From: an uncultured Gammaproteobacteria bacterium | GTDB taxonomy: Bacteria; Patescibacteriota; Microgenomatia; Levybacterales; UBA12049 | Reading direction: 5' to 3' | NCBI GenBank assembly: GCA_964416445.1 | Contig: CAYQEE010000001.1 | Span: 67,676 to 131,675, forward strand | DNA: 64,000 nucleotides | Part shown: in pieces, positions 30,300 to 39,793 of the stretch | Layout of the letters: every line of letters begins with the position of its first letter | How positions within the stretch are numbered: the stretch's first letter is position 1 | The notes under the pieces: model-generated | The model's database searches: none | Told to the model about the DNA's origin: nothing | What the model saw: only the letters and a program-made list of their open reading frames with translations | Made by a program: the position numbers and the translations under genes

Positions 30300-31465
30300 A
30301 AATTACTCAAGCAGTTATTTTAGCAGGAGGTAAAGGAACAAGATTACTGCCTTATACTCTAACTGCTCCAAAACCAATGTTACCTATTCATGGTAAACCA
30401 TTCTTAGAATATCTCATAGAGGATCTGAGGGAAAATGGTATTACTGAGATTGTTTTACTTGTTGGATATCTTCATGAGCAAATTGAACGTTATTTTGGAG
30501 ATGGGAGATTATTTAATGTCAAAATATCTTATTCTTATTTGTCGGCTAATGCAAATACAGGAGAAAGAATGATTAACGCATTACCATTGTTAAAAGAAAA
30601 AATTATTTTGCTATATGGGGATAATACTTGGCCGCTTAATTTACCGGAAATACTTGATGTATATATCAAGAAAAAAAAGAAGGTGCTTATGAGCGTGTAT
30701 AATAATAGAGATGCAATAAGAAAAGGAAATGTTCTCGTTGAAGATAATATTGTTTCAATATATGACGTAAATCATCTTCATAATTTCCGGGGAATCAATA
30801 TTGGGTATTTTATTTTTGATACATCAGTTTTGGAAGGATTGCCCAAAGAAAATATTTCTCTTGATGATATTTTGCTTAGTTTAATAAAGAAGAATGATGT
30901 TTCTGCATATATTACCGATTACCCATATTATAGTGTAACTTCGCCAGAAAGATTACCTAAGGTATATGAATATCTACGTGAGAAGAAAGTAGTATTTCTT
31001 GATCGCGATGGCGTTATTAATAAAAAAGCTGCAAAAGCTGAATATATAAATCGTTGGGAAGATTTTCACTTTCTTCCTCAGGTAAAAGAAGCGCTGAAAC
31101 TTTTGCAAAAAAAAGGGTATGAAATATATATTATTTCAAATCAATCGGGTATTGCGCGTGGTATGATGACCAAATTACAACTTTCTGAAATTCATACGAA
31201 TTTACAAAAAGAATTAAAAAATGACGGAGTTATAATAAAAGACATCTATTTTTGTCCACATGGGTGGGATGAGGGATGTTGGTGTAGAAAACCAAATCCA
31301 GGAATGCTTTTCCAAGCTGCGATAGAACATCAAATTAATTTACAAAAAAGCATATTTATTGGTGATGATCCGAGAGATCAGCAAGCAGGTATGGCGGCTG
31401 GAGTTACCACCTATTTAGTTACACAAAAGGAAAATCTTTTTGATATAGTACGTAAGTATTTATGA
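30296..31465 (+). CDS. Fused sugar-1-phosphate nucleotidyltransferase (HddC-like) + heptose-1,7-bisphosphate phosphatase (GmhB)
   Basis: N-half has LAGGKGTRL...PKPM and YGD. C-half has the HAD motif FLDRDGVIN plus SNQSGIARG, CPH...CWCRKPNPGM and IGD. Confidence 0.88.
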   Translation: MKITQAVILAGGKGTRLLPYTLTAPKPMLPIHGKPFLEYLIEDLRENGITEIVLLVGYLHEQIERYFGDGRLFNVKISYSYLSANANTGERMINALPLLKEKIILLYGDNTWPLNLPEILDVYIKKKKKVLMSVYNNRDAIRKGNVLVEDNIVSIYDVNHLHNFRGINIGYFIFDTSVLEGLPKENISLDDILLSLIKKNDVSAYITDYPYYSVTSPERLPKVYEYLREKKVVFLDRDGVINKKAAKAEYINRWEDFHFLPQVKEALKLLQKKGYEIYIISNQSGIARGMMTKLQLSEIHTNLQKELKNDGVIIKDIYFCPHGWDEGCWCRKPNPGMLFQAAIEHQINLQKSIFIGDDPRDQQAGMAAGVTTYLVTQKENLFDIVRKYL

Positions 31466-32439
31466 TTATTTCACGAACGCCAATTAGAATTAGTTTTGTT
31501 GGGGGAGGAAGCGATATAGAAAGTTTTTATACCCATCAAATGGGCGCAGTTATTTCTACGGCAATCAATAAGTATATTTATATTGCCGTAAATGAACAAT
31601 TTGACGGACGTATAATTATCAATTACTCAAAAACAGAAATAGTAAAAGAAATTGCAGCAATAGAAAATAATTTAGTTCGTGAGGGTATGAGAACAACGAG
31701 AATAAAAGGAGGAATTCATATTACATCAATTGCTGATATTCCTGGTGAAGGAACTGGAATGGGCTCTTCTAGTGCGTATATAGTCGGTTTACTTAATGCA
31801 TTATATGCCTATCAAGGAAAACATGTTACTGCGGAAAAGCTTGCTCAAGAGGCATGCAAGATTGAAATAAGTATTTTAAAAAAACCAATTGGAAAGCAGG
31901 ACCAATACATCGCTGCTTACGGTGGTTTTAACTATATACAATTTAAAGAGGATGGAAATGTCTATGTAGATCATATTATTTGTTTACCAGCAACAATACA
32001 AAAATTACAAAAACGGTTGTTACTTTTTTATACTGGGATAACTCGCTCAGCGGATCCGATCCTTTTGCAACAAATTCGGCAAATGAACGATAAAAAGGAG
32101 TATATGAAAAAAATGGTCGGACTTGTTAAAGAACTTCGACATGATCTCAATAATAACAATCTATCCTCCTTTGGAGATATTCTCCATGAAAACTGGCTTC
32201 TTAAGAAAAAACTTGCTGATGGGATAACATCTCAAAAAATTGATGACTGGTATGCATTAGCTCGAGAACAAGGTGCAGAAGGAGGAAAACTATTAGGAGC
32301 AGGGGGAGGTGGCTTCCTCCTTGTGTATGCAAAGGTAAAAGATCATGCTAAAATAAAGTCTGCATTGAAAGATCTCAAACATGTTCCATTTTCTTTTGAA
32401 CAGCAAGGAAGTAAAATAATTTTCTTAGATAATAATTAA
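31462..32439 (+). CDS. hddA: D-glycero-D-manno-heptose-7-phosphate kinase (GHMP family)
   Basis: SRTPIRISFVGGGSD, GTGMGSS, GKQDQY, ENWLLKK and GKLLGAGGGGF motifs. Confidence 0.85.
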   Translation: MIISRTPIRISFVGGGSDIESFYTHQMGAVISTAINKYIYIAVNEQFDGRIIINYSKTEIVKEIAAIENNLVREGMRTTRIKGGIHITSIADIPGEGTGMGSSSAYIVGLLNALYAYQGKHVTAEKLAQEACKIEISILKKPIGKQDQYIAAYGGFNYIQFKEDGNVYVDHIICLPATIQKLQKRLLLFYTGITRSADPILLQQIRQMNDKKEYMKKMVGLVKELRHDLNNNNLSSFGDILHENWLLKKKLADGITSQKIDDWYALAREQGAEGGKLLGAGGGGFLLVYAKVKDHAKIKSALKDLKHVPFSFEQQGSKIIFLDNN

Positions 32440-32441
32440 TT

Positions 32442-33464
32442 ATGAATATTCTCATCACTGGAGGAGCAGGTTTTATTGGTTCGCAATTAGGTTTTTATCT
32501 TCAATCCAAAGGTCATAATGTGATATTAGTTGATTCTCTAGCATATGGGCATATTGATAATCTTATTGTTAATGGTAAAGCATTTCCTCAGTTTGTTTCT
32601 CTTGATATTCGTGATCCTCAATTAGAAACTCTTATGACCAATGTGGACGTTGTTTTTCATTTAGCTGGTGTTTCATCATTGCCGGAATGTAATTATCATG
32701 TCTATGATGCGTATAGTACGAATACTGCAGGTACAGGTAATGTTTTAGAATCAGCAAGGAGGAAAGGAGTAAAACGGATTATTTTTTCCTCAACTTCCGC
32801 TGTGTATGAAAATAATACTATATTTCCTCTCTCAGAATCTACTAGTGTTAATCCGATATTAATATATTCGTTATCTAAAAAACATAGTGAAGAACTCTGT
32901 ACATCCTATATACAAATGTATGGAATGGATATTTGCATTCTCCGCTTTTTTAATATTTATGGACCGCATATGGATTATTTAAGGCCAAATCCTCCTTTTG
33001 TCAGTTATATTATTAAATGCTTATTGGAAAAAAGTGCTCCGGTCTTACACTCCAATGGTAATCAGAAAAGGGACATGGTCTATGTTGATGATGTCCTCAA
33101 GATGTGTGAAATTGTTATGACACATCCAAATGCAAAAAATGAAATATTTAATGTCGGTTCAGGGAAAGCATATAGTATACAGGAAGTTTTTGACGTTCTC
33201 GATAAAGCATTCGGTACTACGGGAATTAAACCAACATATAGAAGACCTGAAAAAATATGGGATAAGTATCCTGGCATGTTTCAAGGAGCACACCCTATTA
33301 ACAAGGAGTTCATTATAAGGGAAGTAAATAAATATACGCTTGCTTCTATCGAAAAATCCAAAAAAATGCTTGGTTGGGAATCATTAGTTTCATTATCAGA
33401 TGGATTGCAAAAAACAGTGGCATTTGCAAAAAGAGATTATAAAATAAGGGTAAAACATTTATGA
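32442..33464 (+). CDS. NAD-dependent epimerase/dehydratase within the heptose operon
   Basis: [32 protein letters not shown] and RDMVYVDD motifs. Confidence 0.85.
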   Translation: MNILITGGAGFIGSQLGFYLQSKGHNVILVDSLAYGHIDNLIVNGKAFPQFVSLDIRDPQLETLMTNVDVVFHLAGVSSLPECNYHVYDAYSTNTAGTGNVLESARRKGVKRIIFSSTSAVYENNTIFPLSESTSVNPILIYSLSKKHSEELCTSYIQMYGMDICILRFFNIYGPHMDYLRPNPPFVSYIIKCLLEKSAPVLHSNGNQKRDMVYVDDVLKMCEIVMTHPNAKNEIFNVGSGKAYSIQEVFDVLDKAFGTTGIKPTYRRPEKIWDKYPGMFQGAHPINKEFIIREVNKYTLASIEKSKKMLGWESLVSLSDGLQKTVAFAKRDYKIRVKHL

Positions 33465-34117
33465 AAAAGATAACTAAGAAATTTCATACAATTGGCTTTA
33501 TCGAAGCGTATTTTTCTGAGGTAAAACGTAGTCTTGATTCGCTCGATAAAAAAGCGATTGAATCAGTTGTGGATATGTTGACTGATGCATATAAAAACGA
33601 TAGAAAAGTATTTATTTTAGGTAACGGTGGAAGTGCAAGCACTGCATCTCATATGGCGTGTGATTTAGGTAAAGGTACACTTCAACGGATTTACGATAAT
33701 TCAGAAAAACGTTTTCGCGTTATTTCCCTTACCGATAATGTTGCGGTAATGACCGCTTACGCAAACGACCTTTCATTTGATGCCGTTTTTGTTCAACAAT
33801 TGCGGAATTTAATAGAGAAAGACGATGTCGTTATTGCTATATCTGGGAGTGGAAATAGTAAAAATGTTATTAATGCAATAAAATATGCGAATGCATGTGG
33901 CGCAAGGACAATCGGCTTCTTAGGTTTTAAAACAGGAGGGAAATTAGCGGCATTGGTAAATATTCCCATTATTGTTCAGAGTATTCATTATGGACCAATT
34001 GAAGATATTCATGGAATTCTTAATCACGTTATTGCATCTTGGATTGCAAAAATAAAACATATTCATGATGGAAGAGAACATGAAGACAACCAAAATCAAG
34101 CAGTACCTTTTAAATAA
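33461..34117 (+). CDS. gmhA: Phosphoheptose isomerase (SIS domain)
   Basis: GNGGSASTASH, AYAND, ISGSGNSKNV and EDIH motifs. Confidence 0.9.
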   Translation: MKKITKKFHTIGFIEAYFSEVKRSLDSLDKKAIESVVDMLTDAYKNDRKVFILGNGGSASTASHMACDLGKGTLQRIYDNSEKRFRVISLTDNVAVMTAYANDLSFDAVFVQQLRNLIEKDDVVIAISGSGNSKNVINAIKYANACGARTIGFLGFKTGGKLAALVNIPIIVQSIHYGPIEDIHGILNHVIASWIAKIKHIHDGREHEDNQNQAVPFK

Positions 34118-34123
34118 CTATAC

Positions 34124-35128
34124 ATGAACAAACAAAAATCTCAATATTTTGATGTTTCTATTCTCATTCCTATGCGGAATGCTTCTTCTACTATTATAGA
34201 AACTTTACAAGGAATAGAAAAACAAACATATCTGTATAAAGAAATAATTATTGTTGATAATGCGTCAACAGATAACTCAGCAGAACTTGTCCGTAACTAT
34301 TCTAAAAGTCACAAAAGCATGCATATACATTTAATAGTAAATGAAAAAAATTTATTTATTGCTAGAAGTTTAGTAATAGGCGTAAAAAACGTAAAGTCAG
34401 ACTATATTATTTTTATTCAATCAGATTGCAGGCTTATTGGTAAAGACGAATTTCAAAAACTTTTAAAACCGTTTACCCAAGATACTTCGGTAGTTGCAAC
34501 CTTCGGAAGAGTTCATCAATCTTTAGTGATCTGGAACCATTATGCTTTTTGGGAACAATTTCTTTTTGCTTACCAAGCAGGAAAAACATCGGTTGGTTTA
34601 GTGGGAAAAATTGACTGTATTAAAAAGGAAGCATATATGAAAATAGGAGGTCATGATGAAGTTTTGTGTGATTGGTATGGAGCAGAGGATGGAGATTTAC
34701 ATATGCGATTATTAAAAATTGGTAAAACGGTTGCAACAGAAGCTTCAATAGAACATCTTCATTATACCTATAAAGATTTTTCATTTAACGATTTACTAAA
34801 GAAAAAAAAGATTATTGCAGGAGCCTATGGAATTATGTTAGGAAGGTATGGATTGAGAAATGAACCATTTGGTATATTTACAATGCTGCTTAAGCCGGCA
34901 CTCGTAGTTGGACTTCTTATTCCACAAACGAGGCTCATTTCTCTTATTCTTATTATTCTTTTTATCATTTTATACTACTGGAGAATGTTTACGACACGTA
35001 ACGTTGTGTCGAATCCTAAAATTATTTTGGTTCCATTTGCATTTATTCTTTTACTATTTTTAGAAACATATTGGACTGCTGAAGGATTTTATCATAGTCT
35101 TATCACACTTCATAAAGTTTCATCATAA
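34124..35128 (+). CDS. GT2 glycosyltransferase with C-terminal TM helices
   Basis: ILIPMRN, IVDNASTD, GGHD and AEDGD motifs; hydrophobic C-terminus. Confidence 0.82.
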   Translation: MNKQKSQYFDVSILIPMRNASSTIIETLQGIEKQTYLYKEIIIVDNASTDNSAELVRNYSKSHKSMHIHLIVNEKNLFIARSLVIGVKNVKSDYIIFIQSDCRLIGKDEFQKLLKPFTQDTSVVATFGRVHQSLVIWNHYAFWEQFLFAYQAGKTSVGLVGKIDCIKKEAYMKIGGHDEVLCDWYGAEDGDLHMRLLKIGKTVATEASIEHLHYTYKDFSFNDLLKKKKIIAGAYGIMLGRYGLRNEPFGIFTMLLKPALVVGLLIPQTRLISLILIILFIILYYWRMFTTRNVVSNPKIILVPFAFILLLFLETYWTAEGFYHSLITLHKVSS

Positions 35129-35138
35129 ATATATTTAT

Positions 35139-35480
35139 ATGAATAAGTTAAAAAAATCTTATTATGAATTTGCTTTAAAAAATAAGACATATTTTTTCAC
35201 TGTTTTTTTTATGGGAATCGGAATTGATATTCTTTATTATACATTTCTTTCTGATACACTCTTTTTTTTACTTGTTATATATTGGATTTTACTTATTTTT
35301 TTACTTAACTTAACAAGTAGAGATACGTTCATTATAATATTAGGCATTCTGTTTATATTATTCATTTTTTTCATCTTAGATGTGGGAACATTTCATACAG
35401 AACGGGTTACCACATGGATTTACTTCTTACTGATTATTGGAGTTATACAACAAATAAAGGAACTATTCTACAGGAGATAA
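35139..35480 (+). CDS. Small membrane protein (W-x-Y...GVIQQ family, copy 1)
   Basis: 113 aa with 3-4 TM segments; ends ERVTTWIYFLLIIGVIQQIKE; stop lies 1 bp before the large GT-C gene. Confidence 0.7.
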   Translation: MNKLKKSYYEFALKNKTYFFTVFFMGIGIDILYYTFLSDTLFFLLVIYWILLIFLLNLTSRDTFIIILGILFILFIFFILDVGTFHTERVTTWIYFLLIIGVIQQIKELFYRR

Positions 35481-35481
35481 T

Positions 35482-38400
35482 ATGTCGACAAAAAAAATAT
35501 TTGTTTTTATTCTCGTATTTGCTTTAATCATTATTCCATTCTTTTGGTTAAAACCAGGAGAAGTAAATTTGGGGGGTGATTCTTCACGTGGATACCTTTA
35601 TGAACCGTTTGTTTTTATAAAGAACTACGTTTTGTATGGAATCAATGCGTGGAATATTGGAACCGAGTTGGCAGGATATTTCATTATTCCTTTTGCTGCT
35701 TTTCTTGGACTTCTTATGATCTTTGTGAAGACACCTCATAATCTTGTTAATGTATTTAATAGTTTTTCTTTTGTTCTTGCTTTTCTGGCAACATATGGAT
35801 CCATATACGCAATTATTATGGACAATGATATGAGTAAAAAGAAGAATATAGGATTTATTAGAACAGTCAGTATTATCGGAGGATTATTTTATCTTTTCTC
35901 TCCAATTATGACCAATTGGGATAAACCTCTCCTTACTTTTAATCAAGTGTTTCTTGATCCATTGATGTTTTTTCTTATCTATAAGTATGTAATGACAAAA
36001 AAACCCTTTTATGCTCTTTTCGCAATTCTTGGAACATTTATCTTTGCTCCAAATTTTAGTTTTATTGGTGCACCAACCTTCTTTTCATTTTATCCCTTTG
36101 TTTTTTTCATTCTTTTTTTTCTCTGTCTTATAAAAAAGACATCTATACCAATTAAACAATTTGTTTTTTTTATTCTTCTGATGTTAGGTATACATGCCTT
36201 TCAGTTATTACCACAGTTTATTTTATTGAAAAGACCAGATTCAGTATTATCATTACGTGTATTTTCTCAGTCAACATTTAACTATGTAGATTATTTTCAG
36301 AGAATAGCTAATGGTGTTAATGTGACTGATAATTTTTTAGGGTTACCGCAGTTTCCATTGTTATTTGGAGTGTCTTTCTTTGTGTTTCCTTTTATTCTTG
36401 TCTTTGCGTTAATACAAAAAGTAGAAGATAAAGATGATATTTACTTTCGAAAAGTATATATACTTATTTTTTTGTGCTATCTTTTCCTGCTCTATTTCAC
36501 TTCAGCAAAGTTTACCAGTTTGGGGTTTTCCCTATATGAGAATTTGTTTAAAATTCCTGGATTCGGAATGTTTCGTAATTTTACCGGGCAGTTTATGACC
36601 GCCTTTTCTTTTTTCTATTCACTCACTATTGCTACTGGATTGTACATTATTTATAAAAATGTAAAAAAGGTATTTTGTATAAGTATTACGATATTTGTTT
36701 TTCTTATCCTTGTCGTTCGAGGGTGGCCAATCGTAAATGGTAGTATATTATATTTACCAATATTACAGTCAAAGATCTCATCGCCTTTTATTATTCCGCC
36801 TTCATTTGAACATGCATTAACTTATATTTCCCAAATACCGACTGACGCAAAAATACTTGCATTACCGTTAACTGACTTTGGCTATCTCATGGTAGCAGGT
36901 GAAAACGGTGGAATGTATATAGGATCATCCCTTATTGGTCCGCTAACATTGAAACAGGATTTCGGTAATTATAGTGCTATGGGTATTTTAGGTGATTCGT
37001 TTATTCAAGCAATAAAAAGTAACGATATTACTACAATAAAAAATATCCTCGGTGTATTAAATATTCAAGATATTTTTTGGGAAACAAACCCGTTTGTTTA
37101 CGGAACTAATTTCCCTAATTTTCCATATCAATCAACTCAATTATATCTTCCAACGACAGTATCTGCCTATCAATCTTTTATTAATTTGCTTCCTATTACT
37201 CAAAGACATTATTTTGGGAAAACGTTACAAGTAATGCATTTGGATGTTGCAACGGTTCTCCCAAAGATATTCCCATCGGTGAACGTTCTCTACACAAATA
37301 ATCTTTCAGATACAGGGTATCTATTACGGAGAATAGCTGGTCAACCAAATATTGTTTTACCGACACAAAATTTTTTAGAAAATATTTCCTCCCAATCTTT
37401 TCAGGCAGATTTACATGACAATTTTTCGGGACTTTATAATAATTTACAATTTCATTCTGCAATGCCGGAAGTTACGTGGAAACCAGGAAGTATAGTATAT
37501 CCTTTTGTTATCTGGAAAGAAGAACGCTCTCTAAAGAAATTACAGTCGCAGCAAAAAATGGACGTTGCTTATTTATATTTAGCAAAACGAATTGAGGAAC
37601 TAGGTAAATGGACTAATGATATTCCTATACTGCATAAAAAAGTTACATGGCAAGGAACGAGTATAAAACAATTAATACATTGGTCGGAATATAATAGCTG
37701 GGAAGCCTCTTTTGCTCATTATGAATCTAACGCAAATAATATTATTATCGGTATTAAGCAATTTCCTCAAGACGAAATTCTTTCTCAAAAGGAGATAGCA
37801 TTTGAGCAATTTGAACAACACAGAATGCGCTTGCAAACTATTATTTCTGGTTCTGGATTTTCAAGTGAAGACAAAAATTATTTACTACATCAAAGTAATA
37901 TGCTTATTGATACATTAGAAAATAATCTTAAATTAGAGAAAATTGATATCACCGAAAAGCATTATTCGGTAAATCTTCCAAAAGGAGCAGAAGGGAATTA
38001 TGTACTTAATATTTCTCGAATTTCACCTGAGGCAAGTATCTCAGGGTTATTTATTGGAGGATCTCAATACAATTTAATTAATCAACAAAATAACTTAGTC
38101 TCTTCAGAGCAAGTTTTAATGTCTTCGGGTAAGGAAATTCCTATAATACTTACAACACAAAATACAAATCTGATAAACGATACGCAGTGGGAAGGTTTAG
38201 GTTCTGTGAAAAAAACAGATGATTCTGACGTTTTAATTTTTGATAAGTTAGTCGAAAGTATTCCAGCTCAGATGGTAAGACAAATTCCGGTTGTTAATAG
38301 TTCACGACAGTATATTATTTCATTTTTATATAATACCCATAATGTTCCTTTTTCTATAAAGATATTTGACAAGAGGATAAAGAATCAGGGAGAAGTTGAA

Positions 38401-39087
38401 TTTCATGAATATACAACACGACAGCTCATATCGAATGATTGGAAGCTATTTCAGACGGTATTTACTATAGATCCTCAAACATCAGAAGCCTATATGGAAA
38501 TTGAAAGTACCGCTCCTGTAGAACCAAAAGAAATTATGATGAAAAATCTATCAGTAAATGTTATTGAAAATCCGATAGTTACCATACAGAAAATACTACC
38601 TCAACCAGTAGTGGGCCCAACAATAACATTTCAACGTATTAATCCGACAAAATATCATATTTTCGTTAATCATGCGGATACTGCTTATGTTTTGACATTT
38701 CTACAAGCATTTAGCCAAGGCTGGAAATTATATTATAAACCTGCCTCTTCTGGTAAAAATTTCTCGATTATACAATCTTATTTCGGTGGGTCTGTTTCAG
38801 AAGGTGGTCATACGAATACTGCATTTGGTAATGATTTGTTTGAAACTTGGTTTTTACATCCTATTGCTGAAGCAACACATACAACAGGGGACGGTTATGC
38901 AAATTCTTGGATCATCAGTCCAACTGATACCGGTGGAAAACGTGATTATGAACTCATTATAGAATTAAATACACAAAAGTATTTCTACATGAGTATACCA
39001 ATATCTGTAATAGCATTTTTGCTTATTCTCATTTGGTTACTGAGTGATCTTTTTAAAAACAAAATAAAAGTATATGGATCAAAATAA
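35482..39087 (+). CDS. Large multi-TM GT-C-type glycosyltransferase (AftD/YfhO-like) with extracellular domains
   Basis: N-terminal loop GGDSSR, about 12 TM segments and MFRNF; long extracellular region; C-terminal RINPTKY...FLQAFSQGW...YANSW plus a final TM. Confidence 0.65.
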   Translation: MSTKKIFVFILVFALIIIPFFWLKPGEVNLGGDSSRGYLYEPFVFIKNYVLYGINAWNIGTELAGYFIIPFAAFLGLLMIFVKTPHNLVNVFNSFSFVLAFLATYGSIYAIIMDNDMSKKKNIGFIRTVSIIGGLFYLFSPIMTNWDKPLLTFNQVFLDPLMFFLIYKYVMTKKPFYALFAILGTFIFAPNFSFIGAPTFFSFYPFVFFILFFLCLIKKTSIPIKQFVFFILLMLGIHAFQLLPQFILLKRPDSVLSLRVFSQSTFNYVDYFQRIANGVNVTDNFLGLPQFPLLFGVSFFVFPFILVFALIQKVEDKDDIYFRKVYILIFLCYLFLLYFTSAKFTSLGFSLYENLFKIPGFGMFRNFTGQFMTAFSFFYSLTIATGLYIIYKNVKKVFCISITIFVFLILVVRGWPIVNGSILYLPILQSKISSPFIIPPSFEHALTYISQIPTDAKILALPLTDFGYLMVAGENGGMYIGSSLIGPLTLKQDFGNYSAMGILGDSFIQAIKSNDITTIKNILGVLNIQDIFWETNPFVYGTNFPNFPYQSTQLYLPTTVSAYQSFINLLPITQRHYFGKTLQVMHLDVATVLPKIFPSVNVLYTNNLSDTGYLLRRIAGQPNIVLPTQNFLENISSQSFQADLHDNFSGLYNNLQFHSAMPEVTWKPGSIVYPFVIWKEERSLKKLQSQQKMDVAYLYLAKRIEELGKWTNDIPILHKKVTWQGTSIKQLIHWSEYNSWEASFAHYESNANNIIIGIKQFPQDEILSQKEIAFEQFEQHRMRLQTIISGSGFSSEDKNYLLHQSNMLIDTLENNLKLEKIDITEKHYSVNLPKGAEGNYVLNISRISPEASISGLFIGGSQYNLINQQNNLVSSEQVLMSSGKEIPIILTTQNTNLINDTQWEGLGSVKKTDDSDVLIFDKLVESIPAQMVRQIPVVNSSRQYIISFLYNTHNVPFSIKIFDKRIKNQGEVEFHEYTTRQLISNDWKLFQTVFTIDPQTSEAYMEIESTAPVEPKEIMMKNLSVNVIENPIVTIQKILPQPVVGPTITFQRINPTKYHIFVNHADTAYVLTFLQAFSQGWKLYYKPASSGKNFSIIQSYFGGSVSEGGHTNTAFGNDLFETWFLHPIAEATHTTGDGYANSWIISPTDTGGKRDYELIIELNTQKYFYMSIPISVIAFLLILIWLLSDLFKNKIKVYGSK

Positions 39088-39793
39088 AAATCTAAAGTCT
39101 CATTTTCTAAATAATATTGCATTATTTTATTTTGTGTTTTCTTTAAAAGAATTAAGTCGGGCTTTATGGTCTGATTTTCTTGCTACTCTTTTTTTAAACT
39201 CCGGTAGTGGATTTTTGACCAGTCTTGTAAAAGGGTTTATTGGACACTTTTTGATTAGAAGCATCTATCCGCTTTTTATTGGTAAACGCACAAAACTAGT
39301 GAATATTCATAATATAACCCTAGGGAAAAATGTCCGTATTGCAGATGATGTAACAATTATAGCGTACGGAAAAATCCATATTGGTGATAATGTTATTATT
39401 GGAGAGAAAACAACGATGATTGCTAACGACGAACTTGTTTTAGGAAATAATGTTGTTGTAACAAGAAATTGTTATATTGCCCAATTAGGAGGTCCTATTA
39501 TTATTGATGATTACGTACTTATTGGAGATTTTAGCCGTATACATAGTATTAATCATTCATACAGGGATGACGATATCCCACTACATAAACAACATCATAT
39601 ACGAAATAACATACATATACAGGAGAACGTATGGATTGGATCAGGTGTTATGGTGATTAATAACATAACTATTGGGAAAAGATCAGTGATTGGTGCAAAT
39701 GCAGTTGTTAATAAAAATATTCCACCGTTTGTTGTTGCGGCAGGAGTTCCGGCAAAAGTTATAAAATATATACATGAAAAAAATACTAAATAA
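39074..39793 (+). CDS. Hexapeptide-repeat (LbH) O-acyltransferase
   Basis: IGDNVIIG/LGNNVVV repeats and VWIGSG...IGANAVV...AAGVPAKV. Confidence 0.88.
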   Translation: MDQNKNLKSHFLNNIALFYFVFSLKELSRALWSDFLATLFLNSGSGFLTSLVKGFIGHFLIRSIYPLFIGKRTKLVNIHNITLGKNVRIADDVTIIAYGKIHIGDNVIIGEKTTMIANDELVLGNNVVVTRNCYIAQLGGPIIIDDYVLIGDFSRIHSINHSYRDDDIPLHKQHHIRNNIHIQENVWIGSGVMVINNITIGKRSVIGANAVVNKNIPPFVVAAGVPAKVIKYIHEKNTK

